A stretch of 64,000 nt of DNA from Dehalococcoidia bacterium (GTDB lineage Bacteria; Chloroflexota; Dehalococcoidia; SM23-28-2; WHTN01), in assembly GCA_009377715.1 (NCBI GenBank), contig WHTN01000002.1:10554-74553 (forward strand), in the 5' to 3' direction. The position numbers were made by a program, and so were the translations under genes. The notes beneath the pieces were generated by a model. That model saw nothing but the letters and a program-made list of their open reading frames with translations, did no database searches and was not told where the DNA came from. Positions 18,323-26,792 of the stretch are shown here, in pieces (positions within the stretch are counted from its first letter, which is position 1; the number at the start of each line of letters is the position of its first letter).

Positions 18323-19032
18323 AACTCCATCGCCTCCTTCAGATTGATCTCGGCGTCCTCATGTTTTGCCATCTCAGCTAGCTGGCGAGCACGGACGAAG
18401 ATGGCGTCTAACATCTCTTGCGTAAGCTTGCCCGTGAACATATTCTGCTGGCTCGGATGATAGGAGCAGAGGATGATACGACCATCCGGCAGCGGCGCGA
18501 TTGCGCCGTGGCCAAATAGAGGCCGCGGGCGCAGCCCGAGTAGCTTCGAGAGCGTATCGTAGGCGATCACGCCGAGGGCGACGAAGACGCGAACGTTCGT
18601 TAACAGGTCGATCTCCGTCTGTATGTATTCGCGACATGCGTCACGCTCTTCTGGCAAGGGCTTGTTCGCAGGCGGAGCGCAGTGGACAGCAGCGGTAATG
18701 TATGCGTTTGTAAGTTCCAGACCATCGTCCCTATGTCGACTGATGGGCATATTGGCATAGCCTGAACTGTGTAGTGCCTGGTACAGCGCGTCGCCGGAGC
18801 GGTCGCCGGTGAACACACGTCCCGTCCTGTTGCCGCCATGGGCAGCCGGCGCCAGGCCGACCACCAGCACTTCAGCGTTGGGGTCGCCGAAGCCGGGCAC
18901 CGGCCGGCCCCAGTAGTCCCATTCCCTGTAGGCGGCCCGCTTCTCTACGGCAACCTTCTCCCGCCACTCCACGAGCCGGTCGCACTTACGGCAGGAGATT
19001 ATTGCTTCGCGTACCTCATTAATGGTCTTCAT
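18319..19032 (-). CDS. Uracil-DNA glycosylase superfamily protein (family 4/5-like, Fe-S type)
   Basis: N-terminal CRKCDRL Cys cluster, VVGLAPAAHGGNRTGRVFTG (GEAPG-like motif) and a C-terminal HPS motif. Confidence 0.75.
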   Translation of the reverse strand: MKTINEVREAIISCRKCDRLVEWREKVAVEKRAAYREWDYWGRPVPGFGDPNAEVLVVGLAPAAHGGNRTGRVFTGDRSGDALYQALHSSGYANMPISRHRDDGLELTNAYITAAVHCAPPANKPLPEERDACREYIQTEIDLLTNVRVFVALGVIAYDTLSKLLGLRPRPLFGHGAIAPLPDGRIILCSYHPSQQNMFTGKLTQEMLDAIFVRARQLAEMAKHEDAEINLKEAMEL

Positions 19033-19049
19033 ATTATTGGGAATTCCAC

Positions 19050-19074
19050 GCCCTTCGACAGGCTCAGGGTGAGC
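19050..19074. repeat. Repeat copy GCCCTTCGACAGGCTCAGGGTGAGC
   Basis: Same family as 13799-13824. Confidence 0.5.
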
Positions 19075-19083
19075 AAACTTTTA

Positions 19084-20389
19084 TTAATACGCGGCCGTCT
19101 GACTCGATAGCTCGCCCCAGCTCCGAGCGTCCATTAGTTCGCCCCAGCGTCGAAGAAACGCCCGCTGCTGGTTCTCGTTTATCTTCGGGCCGATCCAGCC
19201 CGGGATGTCCTCGCGATAGCCCTCCTTGCCGAGGCCCATCTGATAATTGAAAGGCAAATGCCGGGCGACGCGACCCGTACTGGAGGCTGTTGCCTGGTCC
19301 CAGTTCTCGCCATCGTCCTGCTCATAGCTGCCGGCCATGCCGAACATCGAAAGATAATCGAGCCGCAACATCTCTTTGATCTCGGCGGGCGCAGCCTTAT
19401 CGACGATGCACCACGACCACACCTCTGTTAGAGCGGGGCCGCGCGGGTGCCACACACGGATCGTATGGCGGCCGTGCAGGATCGAAAACGTCGGAAAGAC
19501 GTTCGCGGCGCCTGTCGAGAGTTTAGCCCTGGTGGAGCCCAGGCGCTGCTCTTTCTCCGGCAGTATCGACTGCAAGTATTCGTCGATCTCGGCCGTCGAG
19601 CCGCGAAGCTCCGGCGCAAGATGGATCGTGACGGCGTGGCCGTTGCCGGCGTCTACGCCAGCCCGTAACTCGCGGTTCGGGCCCATCGGGCGGTTGCCTT
19701 CGCCGTTACGGCGGGCAGTGCCGCCGAAACCGGCCTTGCTTGCCGATATGTGGGTAACCTGCGTGTGATAGCCATCGCCGGCGAAGTTCTCGGCGGCGAA
19801 CTTCCAATTGCAATTCATCTGCCACTTGTGGACGCCGCCCACGATCTCCGTGCCGCCCTCTCGCCTGTCGAACAGCAGGTCGAGGTAGTACGCCATATCG
19901 CCGAGATAGTCCTGTAGCGGCGGCGCACCTGTATCGAAGGTCGCGAAGATAAGGCCGTGGTAGACTTCCAGCTTCGTCACCGGGACGAGTCCCCCAATGC
20001 TCCATGTCTAACTCTTCGTAGTAGTACTCTTTGTAGCCCGGCACGCCCACCAATTTGCCATCGTTGCCGTAAGTCCAGCCGTGATAAGTGCAGGTGAACG
20101 CGGCCGCGTTGCCGGCATCGGCCCGGCAGACGCGCATGCCGCGGTGGCGACAGGTATTGAGAAAAGCGCCCACTTTGCCGCGGGAGTCACGGACGACCAG
20201 CACGGGATCTTCACCCATGTAAGCGGCGACGAAGTCGCCGGGGTTAGGGATCTGGGACTCGTGGGCGAGGTAGAGCCACGACCGCGCGAACACCTGCTCC
20301 AGTTCTTGTTCGTAGATATCGCGGTCGACGTAGATGCTGCGGTCGATGAGGCCGCTCTTAGCGTTTGCCAGCTCTTTGAAGCTCACCAT
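19084..20389 (-). pseudogene. Second Rieske oxygenase alpha-subunit paralog, disrupted by a +1 frameshift near 19986-19996
   Basis: Two overlapping track ORFs (19706-20389 and 19084-19980) together cover the full alpha subunit. The N-terminal 120 aa are over 85% identical to 3830-5104. The frames switch inside a tgggggact run. Confidence 0.75.
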
Positions 20390-20428
20390 GGGGCCACCTC
20401 CTCAGCGTAGCGAACTGCCCGTCTCTAC

Positions 20429-20459
20429 TGTTTTATAGCAAAAGTTAAGCAAGTGTCAA
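20429..20459 (-). promoter_or_regulatory. Sigma70-like promoter (TTGACA-n16-TATAAA) upstream of the frameshifted Rieske paralog
   Basis: The minus strand reads cgTTGACActtgcttaacttttgcTATAAAacag. Confidence 0.4.
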
Positions 20460-20492
20460 CGATTCAGAAACGAGGTTCTTCTACTTCTTCTT

Positions 20493-20542
20493 CGTAGCCG
20501 CAGACCTTTAGGTCTGCCAAAATATGGCGACCTGAAGGTCGC
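20493..20542. repeat. REP-like hairpins: CGTAGC-CGCAGACC-TTTA-GGTCTGC and GGCGACC-TGAA-GGTCGCC
   Basis: GTAG tetramer next to a 7-bp perfect palindrome, then a second perfect 7-bp palindrome. Homologous to 2732-2757 and 43250-43273. Confidence 0.45.
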
Positions 20543-20569
20543 CCCTACAGTTGGTATCCGCCCACCCGA

Positions 20570-20607
20570 ACCCTTCGACAAGCTCAGGATGTACTTGTCG
20601 AGGGCCC
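20570..20607. repeat. Repeat copy CCCTTCGACAAGCTCAGGATG followed by inverted partial CTTGTCGAGGGCCCC (hairpin-capable)
   Basis: Seen directly. The arms ccttcgacaag and cttgtcgaggg pair across an 11-nt loop. Confidence 0.5.
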
Positions 20608-20684
20608 CTCTGTCAAAAGAGTTCATCCATTAAGAACGCGACTCACTGCGCGGAGAGCATGACCGAAAACCTACGGGATAAAAT

Positions 20685-20722
20685 CCCGCAGCTAACCCGA
20701 AGCTGCCGGTTTAACCAGTAGA
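20685..20722. repeat. Second copy of CCGCAGCTAACCCGAAGCTGCCGGTTTAACC structured repeat
   Basis: Matches 13579-13617. Confidence 0.45.
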
Positions 20723-21015
20723 GATCGTACGCTACGCTGAGACGATAGCCAACACCCGCACCGGGCTACCGCTGCCCTGTACGATCTTTAGCGGCGCAGC
20801 GATAAGCAGCGAGCCAGTGGGTGGAAGCTGATCGAGATTACACAGACTGGCTAAGCCGAACTTACCTGCGCCGTGCATGACGTCGTGGTTCGGAAACGGC
20901 GAATCAAAGGTCGCCGCCTGGCCGGCATCGGTACCGTATAGCTGATACTTTTAGATCATTGAGAGCCTATTGATATAACAATAATTTCTAATATGGATGA
21001 AAAACGAGGTGGCGA

Positions 21016-21879
21016 ATGAAATTTTTACACATGAAATTTTTACACAATGTAACTTCTAGCAGTAGGGGGCTGGCGATCCTTGCCTTGGTCCTGAGCTTTC
21101 TAGCGATAATTGCGATCGCTGCTTTCTCTAGCAACGAACGCAATGCTCAAGCTACGCATGGTCCCGTGACCGTCAATAGTGTAACTGCATCATGCAGTGG
21201 CTCAACCCAAGTTATGGGTATGGTCAGCTTGACGAACGAGACCGATGAAACTCAGATCGGTAGCCTCCTCCTGGTGCTAGAGTAGTATAGTGTGCCAGGG
21301 GGGCCAGGTGGATTCACACCCTCTTCTAATACTACAACCGTCAATTTCAACCTCAGTGCTAATGAGACTGAGAGTTATTCTTACACCATAAGCACGGCCG
21401 GCATCCCCTCCAATAGCAACAGCATCCGGGTAGCGGCCTCGCACGAGCCCGGGGGCTTTAACACTGAGAGGTCTGATAGCTTCCCGCCGTGTGGCGGTAC
21501 GCCAACGCCAACCGCCACGCCAACGGTCACTCCGACGCCTACCAGCACGCCCACAGCGACACCTACGGCTACGCCAACCGCAACTCCGACATCAACACCG
21601 ACCAGTACTCCAACCGCGACCTCTACAGTGACGCCGACACCCACCCCACCGACTCTGGAGGAGCGCGAGACTCCGCGGCCTCGTCGGACGCCACCAGTCC
21701 TCGGGGGACAGCGAACGCCGCGGCCCGGGCAGGTGCCCTCGGCTGGAAGCGGCCCGATCGACACCGCAGGGACTCCTTGGACTCAGTTCTATCTAGCGGC
21801 AGGCGGTGTGCTGCTAACGCTTGGTGCCGGTCTCGCTTCGAGACAGGTTAAACAGTCCAGTCGTGGTGAGCGCCGGTAA
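21016..21879 (+). pseudogene. Secreted Pro-Thr-linker surface protein gene interrupted by an in-frame TAG (21283-21285); 15-bp tandem duplication at the start codon
   Basis: Track ORFs 21016-21285 (signal peptide) and 21292-21879 share one frame and are separated only by TAG-TAT-AGT. The 5' end has ATGAAATTTTTACAC repeated twice (MKFLH MKFLH). It ends in a hydrophobic tail with basic residues. Confidence 0.55.
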
Positions 21880-21896
21880 ACTCCCGTAGTAATAAA

Positions 21897-21939
21897 AGAA
21901 GGAAGCCAGGCCCAAAACGCCTGGCTTCCTTCTTTTATC
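21897..21939 (+). terminator. Rho-independent terminator
   Basis: AGAAGGAAGCCAGGC-ccaaaac-GCCTGGCTTCCTTCT is a perfect 15-bp stem, followed by TTTTATCC. It sits 18 nt after the stop. Confidence 0.85.
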
Positions 21940-22097
21940 CGCTTGTTTACCATTTCTTTACCGTAAGTTCACTGCGTCGATACCAACCGTTACCCACCGG
22001 TAACGCGCTATCCCTTTGAATGTTAGAAAGCAGTCAGCAAGACGTTTGAAAGCCGCTGCGCGTTCAAACGGTCTTTCAAAACTCTGCGATTGTAATA

Positions 22098-22126
22098 TTG
22101 AACACCAATATAAGAAGCATTATAAT
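22098..22126 (+). promoter_or_regulatory. Sigma70-like promoter TTGAAC-n17-TATAAT
   Basis: Consensus-quality -35 and -10 boxes with a 17-nt spacer, 168 nt upstream of the 22294 start. Confidence 0.5.
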
Positions 22127-22293
22127 TTTCAATTACTATCTCAATTGAGCAATAAATGAGCACCATTTGGCCTGGAAACTGCTCGTTCCCTAGATGACGA
22201 TGAAGCTAACGCCGCTACGGGAGTATAGCGGCTCTTCGTACGTGAAAGAGAACTCCGGTCGCGAGGAATGCGAGAAAGGATAAGAGATCGAAA

Positions 22294-23523
22294 TTGAGAC
22301 CGTTATTGGTATCCACACATAGGCTACGGCACAAGCTGATAGGCTGGGGCGTCGCTTGCGGGCTACTTGTCGCGCTCCTGAGCATAATCCCCCTCACTGG
22401 TGCAGGCACTGATTTAAATAGTTCGATCGTGATCGCTGCAACTCCAATCCCGCAGGGGGATTCGGACCTTGAGGGCCTCTTGTTCGGCGGTGATCCCGAT
22501 GATGATGACTGGACCGATGGCAACGTTTGCGCTGGCAACCTACCCGATCCTGGCTGCTATTCCGACGGCGAAAACGTGCCACATCGTTTGCTACTCGTTG
22601 ACCTGATTCCAAGCAATTCTTACGAGATCTGCGTAGCCCACGACTACGAAGATAGCAACGACGACCAGATCATCGGATATGACAACATCAATTCCATAGT
22701 GGCCGTGTCTGGCGCCGATCAACTGAGCATTTCTTTCCTCGGGACCTTCCAGACGGGAAACATAACTGAGGGCGAAAAGCGCTATATGATACAGTTCCTC
22801 GCCATTGATGACGAGGCAGAGATCAGGTACAACATACAGCTTGGCATACAGCTTGGCCCGCAAGCCCACTTGTGGAACGGCTCTCAGCTACATGCGCGTC
22901 TCTGCTCAGGTAACGAGACCGTTCCAATTCCGGTTAACGAGATAGTCGCCCCGGCGACGCCGACGCCGACTCCTACGCCTACGCCAACGCCGACACCGAC
23001 TCCTACGCCGACACCAACGCCAACTCCTACGCCGACACCAACGCCAACGCCGACTCCTACGCCGACGCCAACTCCTACGCCGACGCCAACTCCTACGCCA
23101 ACACCAACGCCAACTCCTACGCCAACTCCGACTCCGACACCAACGCCAACGCCGACACCAACGCCAACGCCGACACCGACACCGACGCCTACTCCGACAC
23201 CGACCGTACTGCCAACCGTGTCGCCGCCGGTAAGCCCTACGCCAACAGCTACGCCGACTCCGACTCCTACGCCTACGGCAACACCAACGGCTACGCCTAC
23301 CTCCACCCCAACGCCAACGCCAACACCTACATCGCCGGTACTGCCGGCCGCGCAGCCGCCAACAGCCGCCGCCCCGGAGGGCCCGGCTGAGCCACCGAGC
23401 GCAGGCATAGGAATTAGCAGTAGCGATAGCGGAAATTGGATCTTCTACAACGTTGGAGCATCCGTAGCTTTGGTAGGCGGCATACTCTTAATCGCCAGCA
23501 GCAGAAGGACGAATCAACAGTAG
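22294..23523 (+). CDS. Secreted surface protein with N-terminal globular domain, about 130-residue (PT)n linker and C-terminal hydrophobic tail with basic residues
   Basis: Signal peptide, acidic/Cys-containing N-domain, long PTPTPT tract, and the C-terminal sequence [29 protein letters not shown]. Confidence 0.75.
   Translation: MRPLLVSTHRLRHKLIGWGVACGLLVALLSIIPLTGAGTDLNSSIVIAATPIPQGDSDLEGLLFGGDPDDDDWTDGNVCAGNLPDPGCYSDGENVPHRLLLVDLIPSNSYEICVAHDYEDSNDDQIIGYDNINSIVAVSGADQLSISFLGTFQTGNITEGEKRYMIQFLAIDDEAEIRYNIQLGIQLGPQAHLWNGSQLHARLCSGNETVPIPVNEIVAPATPTPTPTPTPTPTPTPTPTPTPTPTPTPTPTPTPTPTPTPTPTPTPTPTPTPTPTPTPTPTPTPTPTPTPTPTPTPTPTPTPTVLPTVSPPVSPTPTATPTPTPTPTATPTATPTSTPTPTPTPTSPVLPAAQPPTAAAPEGPAEPPSAGIGISSSDSGNWIFYNVGASVALVGGILLIASSRRTNQQ
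22940..23310. repeat. Tandem hexanucleotide repeat (ACNCCN)n encoding (Pro-Thr)n; a shorter tract lies at 21505-21650
   Basis: More than 50 near-identical hexamer units. The opposite-strand GVGVGV ORFs are an artefact of this repeat. Confidence 0.85.
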
Positions 23524-23548
23524 AACGGACTAAGCAAACGGATAACGG

Positions 23549-23585
23549 AAAGCCCCGCGCATTAGATGCGCGGGGCTTTCTCTTC
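23549..23585. terminator. Bidirectional rho-independent terminator between convergent genes
   Basis: GCCCCGCGCAT-tag-ATGCGCGGGGC is a perfect 11-bp stem with T-rich flanks on both strands (tttctcttcc, and ttccgttatcc on the reverse). Confidence 0.75.
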
Positions 23586-23601
23586 CTACCCGAAGGTAGC
23601 T

Positions 23602-24393
23602 CTACTCGTAGAGCAAGAGTGTCCCTTCTTCGCTGGCGTAGATCCAGTACTGCTTAGACGTCTCTAGTTGTCTTAAAGTGCTCAGCACTAATGGCGCATG
23701 CGGCGAAAAAGACAACCATTCCTGTGCATCTTCATCCCAGTGATACACGATCACATACTTGCCGGCGATGGAAGCTAGCACGTCCTCAGCCGCTGCGCTA
23801 CTACCTAGATGCGTGATGCCATTCCAGCCGGCCTTTATTTCGAACGTGGCGATCGGTTCCCTGGCGTACTCGTCGTCCATGTAGCCTCCGAACTCGAGGG
23901 CCCAGTACCAGCCGTAGTAAGAGTGCGGATTGTAAGCGCTCGCTATCCCAATGACGGAAAATTCCGGCCGGAGTAAGTTTTCATTATGTCCTGGCGATCG
24001 CTGCAAATATTCAAGCAGGATTTGGGCGTTCTCGCTGGCGGCTGCTAGATTCTCGGCACGCCAGGTGTTATAAGCATAACCTAAGTGGTCCATCCGTTCG
24101 AAGGGACCGAGACCCCGAGAGTCCGTATGAGAAAAATAGTCGTTATCGGCCATATCTCGGGCCATCCAGTCAGCCACCGTCATAAGCACGGGTGATAGGG
24201 TTAAGGGTTGTAATCCATAAGAAGCTCGATATTCGTTGATTAATTCGAGCATTATCTGCTCTTCGGGGCTCAGGTCGGATAAGCCGAAGCTGCTGGATGG
24301 CAATACCGCACTGCTGAATGCGAAGGCGACAGCAACGAGTACTAAAATGCTTACAACCCGAGCAAAGAGGTTAACGCTTAAAGACCTGCCCAC
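23602..24393 (-). CDS. CAP/SCP/PR-1-like (cysteine-rich secretory protein family) domain protein, secreted
   Basis: Signal peptide followed by ELINEYRASYGLQPL...HTDSRG...GHNENLL, matching the CAP domain. Confidence 0.75.
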   Translation of the reverse strand: MGRSLSVNLFARVVSILVLVAVAFAFSSAVLPSSSFGLSDLSPEEQIMLELINEYRASYGLQPLTLSPVLMTVADWMARDMADNDYFSHTDSRGLGPFERMDHLGYAYNTWRAENLAAASENAQILLEYLQRSPGHNENLLRPEFSVIGIASAYNPHSYYGWYWALEFGGYMDDEYAREPIATFEIKAGWNGITHLGSSAAAEDVLASIAGKYVIVYHWDEDAQEWLSFSPHAPLVLSTLRQLETSKQYWIYASEEGTLLLYE

Positions 24394-24601
24394 GCTTTGG
24401 TGTGACGTCCTCCTGTCGGGGGTGGATAGGTCACCTTCGGTAACGTTTTAGTAAACATTCATACAAACTATGACGAACATGCATGCGAAGTGTTACGAGC
24501 CGACGCCTCGGTTAGCATTTAAGCGCCTAAACGCTAGACAAACGCGAGATTTAGGGCCAAAATTAACTTACGTTTGATAAATAATTAGGTTTATAGGAAC
24601 T

Positions 24602-25891
24602 ATGGCAGACGAGTCGCTTGTAGAAGAAAAAGTGCAGATCGCGACGCAACGCGGGCCTTTTTCGCTACGCCTGCCAGCTACGTTTAGAGCCTTGGCCTAT
24701 CGCGACTATCGGCTGCTGTGGTTCGGGCAGCTATTCTCATCGCTTTCGGAATGGATGGAGCAGGTCTTACGACCGATCCTCATCCTCGAAATGACCGGAT
24801 CTGCGGTCCACTTAGGATTGATCTCGGCTGTGCGGCTCGTGCCGCAACTAGGAGTTGGGCTGCTCGCCGGCGCGGTGGCCGATCGTTTCGATCGCCGGCG
24901 TATCCTACTGTTAGCCCAGAGTTCGACTACGGCCATCGCCTTTATTACTGCAGCCTTAGTCATATCGGGCCAAATAACCGTATGGCAGCTTTACGCAACT
25001 ACAATAGCGGCAGGCATCACTATGGCGTTCAACCAACCAGCGCGCCAATCTTTCATCCCTAACCTTGTCCCGCGGGAGATGCTAGCTAATGCCGTCGCTT
25101 TAAACAGCGTAGCCTTTAATATGACCCGCATTCTCGGCCCATCCGCCGCGGGCCTGCTGATTGTGCCTTTCGGCATTGGAGGCGTCTTCCTGCTCAAAGG
25201 CTTTTTGATGTTCGCCGTAGTCGCCCTCACGGCCATGATCGCGACGCGCTTCGACCAGAATACTTCGCATCACGAAACATCGCTCTTGGGAAGCCTGGGC
25301 GAAGGGGTAAGCTATGCTATCAAAGACCGGTTCATTTTTGCGATGGTCGCTTTAACCATGGGCCTCTTCGTCTTCGGCATGCCGTACCAAACGCGGACAC
25401 TGCTCAGCTATAGCCTGGACGTGCTCGATATAGGTCCGGCGGGGCTCGGGCTCATGCTCGCCGCCATGGGCGCCGGCGCGCTCGTAGGCGCTCTGGCTAT
25501 CGCTACCGTTGGGAGCTTCCATCAGCGCGGGTTGTTCCTGATAGGTGGCGCGAGCATCTTCGGCCTCAGCCTCGTAGCCTTCGCGGTGAGCGCCTGGATA
25601 CCGCTGCTCGTAGTGCCGTTCTTGGCAGTGGCTCTCTCCGGGATGCTGCGCATGACCTACATGTCTACGAGCAACGCGTTCCTTCTAGAGATGTCGCCAC
25701 CGAACATGCACGGCCGCGTCATGAGCTTCCTGTCCCTCGACCGTGGTCTCGTTAGCCTCGGCGCGATACTGGCAGGCGTTTTGGCCGCAGTGGCCGGGCC
25801 TCAATGGGGCCTTATCATAATGGGCACGCTATGCATAGTCATGCCGCTGCTGGTAGCAGTCGTCTTCCCCCAGTTAAGACGCGTCGATTAA
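24602..25891 (+). CDS. MFS transporter (EntS/MFS_3-like); paralog of 13904-15217
   Basis: YRDYRLLWFGQLFS N-terminal motif, 12 TM segments, 429 aa. Confidence 0.85.
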   Translation: MADESLVEEKVQIATQRGPFSLRLPATFRALAYRDYRLLWFGQLFSSLSEWMEQVLRPILILEMTGSAVHLGLISAVRLVPQLGVGLLAGAVADRFDRRRILLLAQSSTTAIAFITAALVISGQITVWQLYATTIAAGITMAFNQPARQSFIPNLVPREMLANAVALNSVAFNMTRILGPSAAGLLIVPFGIGGVFLLKGFLMFAVVALTAMIATRFDQNTSHHETSLLGSLGEGVSYAIKDRFIFAMVALTMGLFVFGMPYQTRTLLSYSLDVLDIGPAGLGLMLAAMGAGALVGALAIATVGSFHQRGLFLIGGASIFGLSLVAFAVSAWIPLLVVPFLAVALSGMLRMTYMSTSNAFLLEMSPPNMHGRVMSFLSLDRGLVSLGAILAGVLAAVAGPQWGLIIMGTLCIVMPLLVAVVFPQLRRVD

Positions 25892-26649
25892 ATATTGGAG
25901 TGGGTCTGCCCGCCGTCGACATTGAGGCAGGCCCCAGTCACCCACCTCGCGCGCTCCGAGGCTAAAAAGACTACAACTTCGGCTATCTCTTCGGCCGTCC
26001 CGAAACGGCCCATTGCGATATTTTGGCGTACGAATTCGGCCATACCTTCAGGGTCGTCCTGCTGACGCCGCCACCACGAACCGCCGGGATAGCTCACCGA
26101 CCCAGGCGCCACCGAGTTTACTCTGATGCCGTAAGGCGCAAGCTGCAACGCTAGCATTTTCGCCTGCGCGATCATCGCTGCTTTCATCGAATTGTAGACC
26201 TGAGTGAAGCCGATGGCCTCTCTCCCGAAAACGGAGCTGATGTTGATGATCGTGCCGCCGCCCTGCTGCTGCATATGCGGCACAACGTGGCGTATGGTGC
26301 GTGCGGAGGCGAGCACGTTCGTCTGGAACGAGGTCTGCCAGGCTTCATCGGTGTCCTCCCGCAGCGAACTCCCGACATTGTTCACGAGGATGTCGACGCG
26401 TCCGAAAACGGTCACGGTCTCTCCGACAAGACGCTGGATGTCTTCACCAACGGTAATGTCGAGAGCTACGGGCAGGACTCGTACGCCTTTCGCGCTAACC
26501 TCGGCGGCAGTCTCCTGTAGCTGTTCGGTACCGCGGGCGCATAGCGTGACGTGACATCCTTCATCGGCTAGACCAAGGGCTATCGCCCGGCCTATACCCC
26601 GGCTAGAGCCTGTGACGATAGCCACCTTATCCTTGAGTCCCAGGTCCAC
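25888..26649 (-). CDS. SDR family oxidoreductase (classical short-chain dehydrogenase)
   Basis: TGSSRGIGRAIA glycine motif, NNVG and the YxxxK catalytic region. 253 aa. Confidence 0.9.
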   Translation of the reverse strand: MDLGLKDKVAIVTGSSRGIGRAIALGLADEGCHVTLCARGTEQLQETAAEVSAKGVRVLPVALDITVGEDIQRLVGETVTVFGRVDILVNNVGSSLREDTDEAWQTSFQTNVLASARTIRHVVPHMQQQGGGTIINISSVFGREAIGFTQVYNSMKAAMIAQAKMLALQLAPYGIRVNSVAPGSVSYPGGSWWRRQQDDPEGMAEFVRQNIAMGRFGTAEEIAEVVVFLASERARWVTGACLNVDGGQTHSNI

Positions 26650-26715
26650 TTATTCCTCCCATAGTCGATTGTCCTTAATTATATTCGAACCTAAGCCATG
26701 TTTCTTGAGCAGCCG

Positions 26716-26745
26716 TTGACGCCTTTAGCAAGCCATAACTATAAT
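26716..26745 (+). promoter_or_regulatory. Sigma70-like promoter TTGACG-n18-TATAAT
   Basis: About 45 nt upstream of the amidohydrolase start. RBS GAAGGAG. Confidence 0.5.
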
Positions 26746-26792
26746 CCCTTTACCTGAATCATAGCCCGCAAATCCCAAATGAAGGAGCCACT

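Noticed and set aside
8828-21879. Alternative genetic code or selenocysteine explaining the in-frame TGA and TAG
   Set aside because: TGA and TAG clearly terminate other genes in the window (UDG and TsaA end in TGA; SBP1, ArsR, PcrA and VWA end in TAG). No SECIS-like context is evident. Nonsense mutations or errors are the simpler explanation.
22940-23310. Possible CRISPR array suggested by the regular short repeats
   Set aside because: The units are 6 nt with no spacers and lie inside a coding sequence. It is a microsatellite-like coding repeat, not a repeat-spacer array.
22884-23408. 174-aa minus-strand ORF encoding (GV)n, and the similar 21381-21764 ORF
   Set aside because: This is the reverse-complement reading of the (ACNCCN)n Pro-Thr tract. 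It is a low-complexity artefact with no start context.
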